NCBI GenBank assembly: GCA_963675295.2
Contig: CAXXKJ010000002.1
Span: forward strand, 2,720,001 to 2,784,000
Length of the DNA stretch: 64,000 bases
Reading direction: 5' to 3'
DNA from: a bacterium
GTDB lineage: Bacteria > Electryoneota > Electryoneia > Electryoneales > Electryoneaceae
In this document: positions 31,641-42,455 of the stretch, one piece after another
Numbering within the stretch: position 1 is the stretch's first letter
How the letters are laid out: each line of letters begins with the position of its first letter
Program-made: the position numbers and the translations under genes
Notes under the pieces: model-generated
The model's database searches: none
The model's input: the letters and a program-made list of their open reading frames with translations, nothing else
Told to the model about the DNA's origin: nothing

Positions 31641-32861
31641 TTATCTTTGCCGCCGAACAAACCAGCGTTCGGTCGAGCTGATCCCGATCTGAATCCCGTA
31701 GATCCGTTCTTTTGCGAGGTTGTCGTTGACCGTACCGCGCATGTCGTAGGTCAACGCAAATTCGAAGACGCCCCGGCCATATGCAATCGGCATGCCGAGA
31801 CCGACAGCGGCGCCGTAGGTATACAACGGATTTCCGCCAGCTTTAACATAATGCTGCTGATAGCGTAATCCAGCCCGGAAGGTCGCCTCTTCATACCACG
31901 GAACCAATGGCTCTCTGAGCGGGATGCGTTCAAACCCGAGTCCGACGTTGATGCTGTTGTCGTACTCGAATTCGCTCGCGATGGAATGTTCGCTGTCTTT
32001 CCACGCGGTATAGTTAACGCTCGCCAGGGTGCGCAGCCGGCCGTAGTCGATATAACCACCCAATCCCAGCGACAAGGGCATCTCGAACTGTTCATTCGCA
32101 AAGCCTACCGAATCACCCGCCTGGATGGTAAGGCTGGATTTCACATCCAGCATCGCCGGAGGCCGAACTGTCAACGAAACCGCGGAATTCGGACTCGGAT
32201 GCACGGTAGCGCCCAGATTGACGCCGACACCATTGATCTCGTGCAGGATGTACCGGCCGGACCGGGAGAACGATCCCTGCTGGAAGTCAATTGTGACCAG
32301 TTCTTCCAGTTGCCCGAAGTAGTAATCCAGCGATAAGCCGAAGTCGACCTTCTGCAACACCTGGAACGCCAGCACAGCGCCCGCGCGTGACATGCCACCG
32401 TTACCCTGTACACGGCGCAACAGATCATAAGTCTCAACGGTATCGACCGGCTGTTCGATGTCGTAAGTATCGCTGGCGTGGATCAGGTAATCATGATCAG
32501 TCATGGCCTGATAGTAAAACCCGAGGCCGAACGATTTATAGAATGGCAATTGGATGGCGGCGTTCGGGAAGACGTAGTTGTCAGCGATGTCTTTGCCGGT
32601 GTAGTCGGACGCGTACACCTTGTTCGCGGCGAAGCTGACGGTGTATTTCGTCACGCCGTAGGATCGCCAGGTGGCGGGGTTGTCAATCGCGAAGTAAACG
32701 GAATCGCTGAACGCCATGTCCGAGCCGCCGAGGCCGACACTGCGGGAATTGCCATTCTGCTGCCAAAGCCCAACGCCAAGCGGACCGAACACGGACTCCG
32801 CCATCACCGGGACAGCGGCGAACAAAATCATCAGGGTGATGCTGAGCAGGCGTTTCATCAT
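31641..32861 (-). CDS. Outer-membrane beta-barrel protein (FadL/PorV-like)
   Basis: Signal peptide, G.G...R.VGLGG...DNPA N-terminus, alternating beta strands and C-terminal ERWF. Confidence 0.7.
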   Translation of the reverse strand: MMKRLLSITLMILFAAVPVMAESVFGPLGVGLWQQNGNSRSVGLGGSDMAFSDSVYFAIDNPATWRSYGVTKYTVSFAANKVYASDYTGKDIADNYVFPNAAIQLPFYKSFGLGFYYQAMTDHDYLIHASDTYDIEQPVDTVETYDLLRRVQGNGGMSRAGAVLAFQVLQKVDFGLSLDYYFGQLEELVTIDFQQGSFSRSGRYILHEINGVGVNLGATVHPSPNSAVSLTVRPPAMLDVKSSLTIQAGDSVGFANEQFEMPLSLGLGGYIDYGRLRTLASVNYTAWKDSEHSIASEFEYDNSINVGLGFERIPLREPLVPWYEEATFRAGLRYQQHYVKAGGNPLYTYGAAVGLGMPIAYGRGVFEFALTYDMRGTVNDNLAKERIYGIQIGISSTERWFVRRQR

Positions 32862-34066
32862 GGCTTCTGGAACTCGGTGTACACTACGTGGAAATAGGGC
32901 CGGTAGTCCGGATTAACCGCATCCGTACCGGCGAAGAACGCCCGGCGTGACAAGGTAAGCCCGGTCACCACCGCGCGAATGTCAACGCCGAAGTTGGTTT
33001 CCGGTAACGCGGCCCATTGGCGCGCAATCGGGGTCACGTTGATCCGCACCTGGCCCGTGGAGTCCGGAACGAAATACGCAAGTTCGGACATCGACCCGAC
33101 GATGATGGTGTCCGGATCGGCAGACCACTCCTCCGTGATGTCGTACCACGTCATTGACGAAGAATTGCCGATCTGGCGATCCCAATCACTGTCATGCGTG
33201 ATCACGAGGTCCACACGGTTGATGCTGTGCTGGGTCGGGTCAATCGTCGTGAAATCACCCTGGAACAGCATGTCGCGTGCGTATCCCTGAGAATAGACAA
33301 CATGGTCCGGATCAGCCGGTAATGAGCTGTCGTCGGTGTACCAGGTCGTATACAGGGGATTGACGTACAGCGTCGTGTCTTCCAGCGTGTCTTCGTTAAC
33401 GACAAACGTGCCTGATGCGGACAATCTCGGCAGATAGTCAGCGTCCGAGGCGCTGGAATAGGTCACGAACCGTTTGATGAACGTGGCTTGCTCCAACGGA
33501 CGGATGTACAACAACAGCGTGTCGAGGGTCAACGTATCCAGTGTCATGGTGAACTCGTTCACCTCGAAGGTGTCGAGGTCATCGTCAACCGTTCCCAGCA
33601 ACACAGTGTCTACCGGAGTTTTCTCGATCGTCTGCGCGTACTCGTAATCATGGGTGTACGGGACAAACGTCTCAGCGAACTGGAGCAGTTCCGCCTGCCA
33701 TTCGTCGTCCGGATCAATATTGTCTGGATCAACATATCCGTTGCTCCACAAGTGGAGTCGTGCGGAATCGAGTTCAAGGACTTCGCCAAGGTTCGCGAAG
33801 TTGGTGAACCACAGGATGATGTCCGAGTGATAACCATCCTCTTCGCCCAGATGCAGCTGCGTTGAGCTGTATTTGACGCGGTCACCACGATCGTAGGTGG
33901 AGACGAGATCGGCGGGGATCGTCACCTCTTTGATCTCGCCGTCTTCGTCACCTCCGACCAGGTTCTTCCCCACTCCCTTGTCAAATTCAGCGCAGGACCA
34001 CATGGCCAACGCCATCAGGAGGACGAAAAGCACACTGAGCCGGGATCGGTTTGCTGGTTGGGTCAT
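32858..34066 (-). CDS. Lipoprotein, possibly DUF4270-like
   Basis: Lipobox MWSC, acidic beta-rich body ending RPYFHVVYT; overlaps the barrel gene start. Confidence 0.6.
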   Translation of the reverse strand: MTQPANRSRLSVLFVLLMALAMWSCAEFDKGVGKNLVGGDEDGEIKEVTIPADLVSTYDRGDRVKYSSTQLHLGEEDGYHSDIILWFTNFANLGEVLELDSARLHLWSNGYVDPDNIDPDDEWQAELLQFAETFVPYTHDYEYAQTIEKTPVDTVLLGTVDDDLDTFEVNEFTMTLDTLTLDTLLLYIRPLEQATFIKRFVTYSSASDADYLPRLSASGTFVVNEDTLEDTTLYVNPLYTTWYTDDSSLPADPDHVVYSQGYARDMLFQGDFTTIDPTQHSINRVDLVITHDSDWDRQIGNSSSMTWYDITEEWSADPDTIIVGSMSELAYFVPDSTGQVRINVTPIARQWAALPETNFGVDIRAVVTGLTLSRRAFFAGTDAVNPDYRPYFHVVYTEFQKP

Positions 34067-34282
34067 AATTTTGATGAGAAACCCTGCTTTGCCGGATTGT
34101 ACGGCTTTCGGCGGATACGTTTTGCCCGCTGCCTGTAAGATCGGGCCAATTTAGGTCAGGCGTACGAGTGACGCAAGAAAGCTGTTCATTTCGCTCGCAC
34201 ACTGGTAGTCGAAACTCACCTGCCCGAAGGTTATACACGGCAATGCGTGAACAGTGCCCAACCCTGTCTCTCCGCTCTCACG

Positions 34283-34314
34283 AAAAACCCCCGCACAAAA
34301 ATTGTGCGAGGGTT
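34283..34314 (-). terminator. Intrinsic terminator
   Basis: Minus strand AACCCTCGCACAA-TTT-TTGTGCGGGGG-TTTTT. Confidence 0.7.
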
Positions 34315-34337
34315 GAAGTTGAATGCGTTTGTGCGAG

Positions 34338-37300
34338 TTAGCGCAGCAGAACCACCTTGCGGCTTTCCTGCAGCGGACCAGCCGAGAAACGCAGGAAGTA
34401 GATGCCGCTGGCCATGTTGTTGCCATCAATCATCAGCTGATGGTGGCCGGCAGTCATCATGCCGTTGTGCAACGTCGCGACCCTCTGGCCGAGCACGTTG
34501 TACAGCACCGCCTGCACCTCGGTCGCTTCCAGCGTCGAGAACTGCACGGTAGCCGTTGGGTTGAACGGGTTCGGATATACACCATTGAATTCCCAGGCCA
34601 ACGGACGCAGTTCCGCGCCTTCGCCGACCACATATGTGGTCATGTCCTGATCCACCGTCAACGTAACCGGCAGCCAGGTCGTCGGAATCAAGGTGTTGTT
34701 GTCGAAACGCAACCACGTGGAATACATGCCTTCCGGCAGATCCAGCGACGCGAGGCTGACTTCGACAGTAAAGTCGCCGCCAGCCGGCGTAGTTTCGCCT
34801 TCCGTATTCAGGCTCATCCACGCGTTGTTCGGCGAGATCTCGTAGACTTCGACGACGTCGTCCATGGACGAAGCGTTACGCAGCTGGATGAACGTGAAGT
34901 AGAACGGATTCCACAGGTACGTGATTTCCGAGTCAGTCAATCCGGCAATCATGCCACGCGGGATGTTGTAGACAAACATGGTATCACCGGTCGCGGTGTC
35001 CATCTTCATCACGGTCACGTCGACGTAGTACGTCTCCTGCAATGTGAACCACAAGTTGTACCCATCCGGGTCGTCCTTGTGGTAGCTGAGCGAGCGGATT
35101 GTCATCTCCGGATCGTACGTACCGACGAAGGTACCGGAACGGTTCATCGCGTAAAGCGGACCGTCCGTCTGTCCCATCCAGAAGACGTCGTTTTCGTTGT
35201 CGTAAGTCAACATGTTGACGAGGTTCAGCGTAGCCGGAATGTCAATCGTATCGATCAACGAAATGTCGTGCGTCGTTGCGTTGTATTCGATCTGGTGCAG
35301 CATGCCGTCATCGACGCCATAGATGTAGTCGCCGTCGGACGTCAGGCAAAGGAAACCGTTGGTGGACGGATTCGTGACCGGCTGCGCATAGCTCTGCACG
35401 AGGTTGCCGTTCAGGTTGACGCGATACAATCCGTTCGGGTTCTGGTTGTTGTTGCCGCCGGAAACCCAGTAGAATCCCTTGTGCAGGGTGATACCGTAGT
35501 TGCGGTGCTCGGGACCGGTCAGCTGGAACTCATCGAGCAGATCCCAGGCAGCATCCGGTTCCGGGTTCGGACCGGTGTTGTCCATCTCCACCGTCCAGGT
35601 CAACTCACCATCACCCGTGTTGCTGACGACGACGTTTGCCGTGGTCGTCTGTCCCGGCGGGAGGGTTTCGTTGATCTCCGACACGGAGAGTTCGAATCCT
35701 GGCGCGGTGACCGAGAAGTCCTGCACCGTGATCAGGCCTTCCTGAACTACGATTTCAGTCGTCTGCGGGTTAATGCCCTGCATCTCCACGACCAGATCAT
35801 GCGTACCGATGACCACGTCGTAGATCTCGTAGTGTCCCTGATCGTCGGTGTAGCCGAAGTAGGCGTTGTCGGCGGTGCGAACAAGGGCGCCTTCCACCGG
35901 ACCACCACCCGTCGCGAACGTCACATCACCGGTAACGGTACCCGTGATCAACGCCGCCTGGGTCGTGATCAGAATCGCACGGCCATCGCAGATCGTTGCG
36001 TTCGGCGGGGTGCTGTTGCCATCCCAGTACGCGATCTGGAGACCGTCGGTCTGGTTATGATTCTCAACACCAACCGTCGCATAGGCGTTGTCGAAGCTTT
36101 CACCGGTGGTGTGGGTCACGTCCTCATACTGGAAGAGGATGTTGTTGTCGCCGGTAATCGTGATGTGCTCACCAACCTGATCGTACACGATCATCTGGAA
36201 GGTGTTCCATGCCGACGGGTTGCTCCACACGTATACATCCGCAACCGAATACCACTCAATGATATAGCGGCCGTTCGGCTCATCGTAGTAATGGTAGACA
36301 CCACTGTACTGGCCATCGACCATCCGGTCATCCCAGTACGGGGCAATCATGTAGTTCGGACCACCCGGGCTCGGAATCGGCCAGTTACGCGGGGTGCGCA
36401 TGTCAGCCTGGTTGCCCATCGAGACGAAACCGTTACAGGTAATCGTCATCTGGTCGAAATCAACGCCGTAGAACTTCATGGTGAACGGCAGATCGACGAC
36501 GACCGCGTCGTCATCTTCTTCACCATTATCGTTGATCGCGAGCGCAGTACCGTCGTAATCGTTACCACCGACGTTCGGATTGATCTCGACCCAGTCATAT
36601 TCCGGGGCGATGTCGTAATCCGTGTCGCGGTTATCAAATGCGATGTAGCCGTAGCCATCCGGACCAACCGGATCGGTCGAAGTCGCTGTACCGAGCTTAA
36701 CCTTAACGTTGACCGTGTCGCGGAAACCTTCCGCATTGCCGATCACCAGCAGCGCGTCAGCCGGATAACCCTTGAACGATTCCGGGTGCGCGGTGATTGT
36801 GTGCGTGGTGGTGCCTGTCTGACCAACCGGGATAGCCGGGAACGCAACCTGGCCGCTGTTGACAGTCAGGTACGGATCATCACTGACCAATTGGCAGAAC
36901 CCATTGCCGCCGTTGGTGAGCCCGATGTTCGCCACCGACAAGTCTAGATCGACAGTGCTACCCGGGACAATCGTACCACCAGGAACCTGGTTTACGTAGG
37001 TGTATTCCGGAGCGTGAATCTTGAACGTAAACACGTCCGTCTGCAGCACGTTCGGCGGCCCACCGCCCTGCGGCATCACACCAAGGCCAATCTCACCATC
37101 AACAATCCAACCACTCTGCGCATCGTCCGCGATCTGCATCAACGCGAGGCTGGTCGCCGACTGAATCTGGCCGGGGCCGATGTTTCCAACGCGTGCGATA
37201 CCACCGGTCTGTTCCACCATCGGGTCATCCGTGGTAAAAACAGCGCCGATCCGCGGTGCGGTGAACGGATACAGGTTATGCAGCGTCAGGTAGAGACCTA

Positions 37301-39347
37301 CGATTTCGCCCGGTTCGGCGAGACCGTTGCCGTTACCTTGCGAGCCGGCCTGCCCGTTATCGATGACCTGAACGTCGCGCACAGCCATCAGCTGGGTGAC
37401 TTCCACCGGGACATCGGTGCGGTACGGGTGGTAGTTCTGCGCAGTAACCGTCAGCTTGGCCATGCCTTCCGCGAGAAATTCAGGATCGAGGACGATGCGG
37501 CCCATGTCGTCGGTTTCACCAAACGCGACCGTATCATCTTCGGTATCGTTCTTGTAAAGGCAGACCCATGCGTCCGGTACCGGCTGACCGTTTCCATCTC
37601 GCACTTCAATTTCGAATCCGTGGCGACCGTAGTTGATCGCGGTCGGATGATTGACTTCGAGATCCTGCGGGATATCGGTCCACAGCCAAACGGTTGGGTC
37701 ACCCATCAGGTTCGTCCACTCCGCGAAGTTCGCCACCTGCGATGGAGCGTGTTCGTTGTAAGCGTTGAACAGGTTCACTTTCGACCAGAAAATGGTTCCA
37801 CCCATTTCCGGGTTACGCAGCACCAGATTCGAGAAAATAGCGCCGCCTGAAAGCGAATTGTTGTATCGGGTATGTGTACCTGACGTTGCTGTCGAAATCG
37901 CGCCGATACCGCCGGTCGGTTCGTTGACCGAACCGGCACGCATCCATGCTTCGTTCTTACCAGTACCTGTGGTCCAGTTACCGGTACCGCAGGTCACGTG
38001 GATGACCATGCAAGTCTTGAAGTAGTTGGTGAGCGCGTAAATTTCACTCGGATCAAGTCCCGTGCCGAGATAACCGCGATAGTTATAGAACGAAACACCG
38101 GCATTAATCGCCTGGATACATGCGTTGTTTACACCACCCTGGGTGTACCATGCAGTGTCAACTTGCGTGTAGCCGATGTCGAGCATCGCGTGGCGCGCGT
38201 AGCGGCCGAGGTAGATCGTGGAGACGCCAGAGCTTGCGGAACCCGCGGCAACCATGCCGCGCTTGTACCAGCCGGTTTCATCCATGTACGGATCACGTTC
38301 ATAGAACATGACCTTGTTCTTGTAAGCGATCAGGTCGGTTTGGGATTCGACACTGATTCGACCAATACCGGCCTCCGGAAGTTCGTCGTTGCCTTCGAGC
38401 TTCACATAGTACTGGTCACCATAGCCTGATCCCGCAGGTGTTGAGTAGATACCGCCGTTGTCGCCAACGACGACAACCCAGTCAAACTTTTCGTCCGAAC
38501 TATCCCAGCGGGACTGGAGCTCAGCTTTGATCGAGTTGCTGGACCAACTGGTGTTGGCGTCGGTGATGAACTCGAGTTTGTAGCCCTTCTGGCGCTTCCA
38601 CTCGATCCATTCAGCGAGCTGGGTCTTGGCCGTTTCCTTGACAACAACCTGCACCGATCCGCGATAGACCTCGAAATCATCCAGCTCGTTGGAATCCCAA
38701 TCGAGGAACTGTTCGTAAAACTCGATGTACGTCTTGCTCAGCTTCGTCGGGTACGAATCAAGCTCGTTGATACCTTCGCCGCCGTACTGGATGTCGACTT
38801 GGATATCGCTGTAGACGCGAACTTCGTTGAGGTACGGGTTCACCTGCACCGGGTAGGTCACAAGACTGGAAACACGGAACTGGCGAGCAATCGCCGGATC
38901 TGTGACCTCGGCCAGTGTCCCCGGATACCACGCATCAATCGACGGATCCAGCTCGCCAAACACCGGTTCTTCGCCGTCCAGATCCACCAGGGTGGCGTAT
39001 TCGAGTCCGGTGAACGTTTCATAGGTCGCATCAAGCACGACCGCTTGCGCGCCACCGGTCATCGGCATGCGAAACATGCGGCTCAGCATTGGAACCGGAG
39101 GTGCTCCTTCCACCTGCAGCATGCCGCCGCCGGGGATCTCCAACACCTGGCCCCAACCATCACCGACTGGAACATCAGCGATTTCGGGAGCAGCAATTTC
39201 CAGCGACACGCTCATGCCGTCCGCGCGTTTCTGGATGTCAGCTGCGTGCATCAAGTCTGCCTGCATCTCCGTCACGTTTGCTGCTGCAAATGCCGTCGTG
39301 GCAAGCAGGCTGGCAAGTAGTATCCCTAACAATCCCTTCCAGCTCAT
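34338..39347 (-). CDS. Gingipain-like (peptidase C25) multidomain secreted protein with T9SS-type C-terminal domain
   Basis: Signal peptide, C25 propeptide-like region, WKRQKG, IGRIS, NYRG, VTCGTG, NLMGDP, carboxypeptidase-regulatory-like domain and YPNPFN...GIYF..KVVLLR tail. Confidence 0.85.
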   Translation of the reverse strand: MSWKGLLGILLASLLATTAFAAANVTEMQADLMHAADIQKRADGMSVSLEIAAPEIADVPVGDGWGQVLEIPGGGMLQVEGAPPVPMLSRMFRMPMTGGAQAVVLDATYETFTGLEYATLVDLDGEEPVFGELDPSIDAWYPGTLAEVTDPAIARQFRVSSLVTYPVQVNPYLNEVRVYSDIQVDIQYGGEGINELDSYPTKLSKTYIEFYEQFLDWDSNELDDFEVYRGSVQVVVKETAKTQLAEWIEWKRQKGYKLEFITDANTSWSSNSIKAELQSRWDSSDEKFDWVVVVGDNGGIYSTPAGSGYGDQYYVKLEGNDELPEAGIGRISVESQTDLIAYKNKVMFYERDPYMDETGWYKRGMVAAGSASSGVSTIYLGRYARHAMLDIGYTQVDTAWYTQGGVNNACIQAINAGVSFYNYRGYLGTGLDPSEIYALTNYFKTCMVIHVTCGTGNWTTGTGKNEAWMRAGSVNEPTGGIGAISTATSGTHTRYNNSLSGGAIFSNLVLRNPEMGGTIFWSKVNLFNAYNEHAPSQVANFAEWTNLMGDPTVWLWTDIPQDLEVNHPTAINYGRHGFEIEVRDGNGQPVPDAWVCLYKNDTEDDTVAFGETDDMGRIVLDPEFLAEGMAKLTVTAQNYHPYRTDVPVEVTQLMAVRDVQVIDNGQAGSQGNGNGLAEPGEIVGLYLTLHNLYPFTAPRIGAVFTTDDPMVEQTGGIARVGNIGPGQIQSATSLALMQIADDAQSGWIVDGEIGLGVMPQGGGPPNVLQTDVFTFKIHAPEYTYVNQVPGGTIVPGSTVDLDLSVANIGLTNGGNGFCQLVSDDPYLTVNSGQVAFPAIPVGQTGTTTHTITAHPESFKGYPADALLVIGNAEGFRDTVNVKVKLGTATSTDPVGPDGYGYIAFDNRDTDYDIAPEYDWVEINPNVGGNDYDGTALAINDNGEEDDDAVVVDLPFTMKFYGVDFDQMTITCNGFVSMGNQADMRTPRNWPIPSPGGPNYMIAPYWDDRMVDGQYSGVYHYYDEPNGRYIIEWYSVADVYVWSNPSAWNTFQMIVYDQVGEHITITGDNNILFQYEDVTHTTGESFDNAYATVGVENHNQTDGLQIAYWDGNSTPPNATICDGRAILITTQAALITGTVTGDVTFATGGGPVEGALVRTADNAYFGYTDDQGHYEIYDVVIGTHDLVVEMQGINPQTTEIVVQEGLITVQDFSVTAPGFELSVSEINETLPPGQTTTANVVVSNTGDGELTWTVEMDNTGPNPEPDAAWDLLDEFQLTGPEHRNYGITLHKGFYWVSGGNNNQNPNGLYRVNLNGNLVQSYAQPVTNPSTNGFLCLTSDGDYIYGVDDGMLHQIEYNATTHDISLIDTIDIPATLNLVNMLTYDNENDVFWMGQTDGPLYAMNRSGTFVGTYDPEMTIRSLSYHKDDPDGYNLWFTLQETYYVDVTVMKMDTATGDTMFVYNIPRGMIAGLTDSEITYLWNPFYFTFIQLRNASSMDDVVEVYEISPNNAWMSLNTEGETTPAGGDFTVEVSLASLDLPEGMYSTWLRFDNNTLIPTTWLPVTLTVDQDMTTYVVGEGAELRPLAWEFNGVYPNPFNPTATVQFSTLEATEVQAVLYNVLGQRVATLHNGMMTAGHHQLMIDGNNMASGIYFLRFSAGPLQESRKVVLLR

Positions 39348-39603
39348 CGGCAATCCTCCAGATGAAAAAAGCACCAGTATCGCTTACCACTGTAAACCGT
39401 GCGTCGACTCAATTCCAGGACGGCGATCGGTGCAGTCTAACGCGGGGATATTCCCCATTGAAAACTCTTAACTTCGCGAGCAGGACCCATGCGCGCAAAG
39501 CGGTTTCACTGAATCGAACACATTATAGAGTCATGCAAACAGTGTTGCAACGAGAAATCTGGATTTTGAAATAAAGAACCCGACGCCTCGCTCCCTGCTC
39601 CCG

Positions 39604-40125
39604 TCACCATTTTTTCAGATCCAGAACGGCCTGATATACCTGATCATAACACTCCCACAAATCCTGACTGATAACGCGTGTTTGTCCGACCACCGGCATG
39701 AAATTGGTGTCTCCATTCCAGCGCGGAACGATGTGCTGGTGCAGGTGTGTCTCCAGTCCCGCTCCGGAGATGCGCCCCAGATTCCACCCGAGGTTAAATC
39801 CATGAGGATTGATTGTCTGTTGCAACGCACTCAACGCGACCTGAGTCAGCAACCCGATCTCGGCCCAATCCTCTGCTTCCAACTGCTGCATATCGGCGAG
39901 GTGACGTTTCGGTGCCACCATCAGGTGGCCGTTGGTGTAGGGAAACCGGTTCATCAACAGCAGGGTCCGCTCACCGCGGTACAGCAGCAAGTGCTCTCGA
40001 TCCTGTTCGACAGGGGCATTGACCATGTCACAGATGAAGCAGTCGTGCACGCCTTGTGAGCTCTCTTTAATCCACGGTAGCCGCCAAGGTGCCCAGAGAC
40101 GTTTCAGTGCGCTCTCATCGTTCAT
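39604..40125 (-). CDS. HIT-family nucleotide hydrolase/Ap4A phosphorylase-like protein
   Basis: LWAPWR, C.IC, N.FPY.NGHLMV.P.RH and HLHQHIVPRW.GD.NF. Confidence 0.9.
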   Translation of the reverse strand: MNDESALKRLWAPWRLPWIKESSQGVHDCFICDMVNAPVEQDREHLLLYRGERTLLLMNRFPYTNGHLMVAPKRHLADMQQLEAEDWAEIGLLTQVALSALQQTINPHGFNLGWNLGRISGAGLETHLHQHIVPRWNGDTNFMPVVGQTRVISQDLWECYDQVYQAVLDLKKW

Positions 40126-40152
40126 TGAAAAACCGTTGTCCTGTGGCCAGAC

Positions 40153-40183
40153 AAGAAGAAGCCGGACTTGCGCCCGGCTTCTT
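40153..40183 (-). terminator. Terminator-like hairpin after the EF-G paralogue
   Basis: AAGAAGCCGG-8 nt-CCGGCTTCTT. Confidence 0.55.
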
Positions 40184-40195
40184 GAATGCTTCGAT

Positions 40196-42277
40196 TTACG
40201 AGTGTTCCGCAGCCTTGCGTTCCTCGTACTCCTCAGCCAGCGCCTGCTGGATGTCGTGCGGCACTTCCTCGTAATGCGAGAACTTGCGGCGGAAGATACC
40301 ACGACCGGAGGTCAACGAACGCAGCGTGTTGGCGTACTTGTAAAGCTCCGCCAGCGGGACCGTGGCGCGAATGATCTGCCACTTCCCTTCCACGTCCATG
40401 CTGGCGACCTTGCCGCGACGGGACGAAATATCGCCCATCACGTCGCCCATGTTATCCTGCGGACACTTGATCTCGATTTCGTAGATCGGTTCGAGAATCG
40501 CAGTCTTGGTCTTCTTCACCGCTTCACGAAACCCGATCGAACCCGCCATCTTGAAGGAGAATTCGTCCGAGTCAACTGCGTGGAACTTGCCGTCGATGCA
40601 ATGCACTTTGACGTCCACAACCGGATAACCCGCGATCACGCCCTTCGTCAGTGTTTCCTGGATGCCTTTGTCCACCGCCGGGATGAACTGGCGCGGAATC
40701 GCACCGCCGACGATTTCGTCAAGGAATTCGTACCCGTCGCCACGCTGTGCCGGCTCAACCCTGAGCACGCAGAGCCCGAACTGGCCACGGCCACCGGACT
40801 GCTTCTTGTGCTTGCCTTCCGCTTCGCCGGAAGACTTGATCGTCTCACGATACGGAATCCGCGGCTTGATCATTTCGGCTTCGACGCCGAAACGGTCCTT
40901 CAGGCGATCAAGGACTACGGTTAAATGTGCGTCGCCCTGGCCGTTGATGATCAATTGGGACAGTTCGGTGTCGTGCACGATGTTGAAGGTCGGGTCGGCC
41001 TTCTGGAGGATCGTCAGACCGCTGGCGATTTTATCCTCATCGCCCGAGCCCTTGGTGATGACAGCCGCGCGGATAATCGGTTCCGGGAACTTCGGACCTT
41101 CCAGCTTCACCGGGTTGGACTTGGTCGCCAACGTTTCGCCGGTCGAGGTGTCGTGCAGCTTTACCGCGATGCCGATGTCGCCGGTAGAAACATGGTCGAC
41201 GCCGTTGCGCTGCTTGCCCATCGCCCAGTACATCTGATTTGGCTTTTCAACGTGTTCCTGGTCGACGTTGTACAGCTCTTCACCGCTGCGAACCGTACCG
41301 GAATACACACGGAAGTAGCTCATCTCGCCAACGTGCGCCTCAGACGTGGTCTTGAAAACCAGCGCGACCGTCGGACCATTCGGATCGCATGCGATTTCAG
41401 TTTGATCGCCGCTCTTGGTGTTTGTCGCCTTCTGAGCCGGCATGACATCCGGGGACGGAGCGTACTCGGCGAGGAAATCTACCAGCGTCGAGACACCGGC
41501 TTCGGTGTAAGCCGCACCAGCGAGAACCGGGAACAGAGCGTTGTCGCGGATACCCTTGCTGAGGCCCTTGACAATTTCTTCCTGGGTTAGTTCGCCGGCG
41601 TCGAAGAACTTTTCCATCAACTCGTCGTCAGCTTCGGCAGCACGTTCGATCAACGTCTCGCGCAGCCCTTCCGCCTTCGCCTGCAGGTCGCCGCTGAGCT
41701 CTTCCGACGTGACTTTGCCGCCGTCAAATGTCAGCACCTTCATCGTCAACAGGTTGACAATCTTGTTGAAGCCCGGACCTTCGTTAACCGGAATGGTCAC
41801 CGCGACGGCGTTGCCAAACGTGGAGTCCAGTTCTTCCAGGATCGCGTCGAACTTGGTGTTTTCTTTGTCCAGCTGATTGACGAAGATGACCCGCGGGACG
41901 TTGTCCTGATTACAGAACTCCCACACCTGTTCGGTTACCACCTCAACACCTGAGGTGCCATGCACCACGACCAGCGCGGTGTCGGAGACACGCAGGGCAC
42001 CGTTGACTTCACCGATGAAGTCACTGAAGCCGGGGGTGTCCATCAGGTTGAACTTGTGGCCTTTGTGCTCAGCGGTCAGCAACGTGGCGCTGACGGAACC
42101 TTGACGTTCGATCTCTTCCTTCAGGAAGTCGCTGGCGGACGTTCCTTCATCCACACGGCCCAGTCGTTCGATCGCCTTCATCTGGTGCAACATCGATTCC
42201 GCCAGCGTGGATTTGCCGCTGGCGCCGTGTCCAATCAAGCTGATGTTGCGAATTGCGTTGGCCGGATAGTCCTTCAC
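40196..42277 (-). CDS. fusA2: Elongation factor G paralogue (EF-G2-like)
   Basis: GHGASGKS, DTPG, NQLD, KKQSGGRGQFG and LEP; effector loop reads ERQGSV instead of RGITI and the gene is outside the str operon. Confidence 0.9.
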   Translation of the reverse strand: MKDYPANAIRNISLIGHGASGKSTLAESMLHQMKAIERLGRVDEGTSASDFLKEEIERQGSVSATLLTAEHKGHKFNLMDTPGFSDFIGEVNGALRVSDTALVVVHGTSGVEVVTEQVWEFCNQDNVPRVIFVNQLDKENTKFDAILEELDSTFGNAVAVTIPVNEGPGFNKIVNLLTMKVLTFDGGKVTSEELSGDLQAKAEGLRETLIERAAEADDELMEKFFDAGELTQEEIVKGLSKGIRDNALFPVLAGAAYTEAGVSTLVDFLAEYAPSPDVMPAQKATNTKSGDQTEIACDPNGPTVALVFKTTSEAHVGEMSYFRVYSGTVRSGEELYNVDQEHVEKPNQMYWAMGKQRNGVDHVSTGDIGIAVKLHDTSTGETLATKSNPVKLEGPKFPEPIIRAAVITKGSGDEDKIASGLTILQKADPTFNIVHDTELSQLIINGQGDAHLTVVLDRLKDRFGVEAEMIKPRIPYRETIKSSGEAEGKHKKQSGGRGQFGLCVLRVEPAQRGDGYEFLDEIVGGAIPRQFIPAVDKGIQETLTKGVIAGYPVVDVKVHCIDGKFHAVDSDEFSFKMAGSIGFREAVKKTKTAILEPIYEIEIKCPQDNMGDVMGDISSRRGKVASMDVEGKWQIIRATVPLAELYKYANTLRSLTSGRGIFRRKFSHYEEVPHDIQQALAEEYEERKAAEHS

Positions 42278-42455
42278 CGCCCTACCTCCTCACCCGATCT
42301 TCGGGGGATTTATGTTCTCTGTTTTGTTTTTGTGTAAGACTGAGGAAGATAAACGAGAGCTCCCGAGTCGTCAAGGAGGCGAGCCACTCGCTCCTCGGGG
42401 AAAACGGAATTGGTGCGGTGGAACTGGGGGAACGTAAAATTATGGAATACGACCG

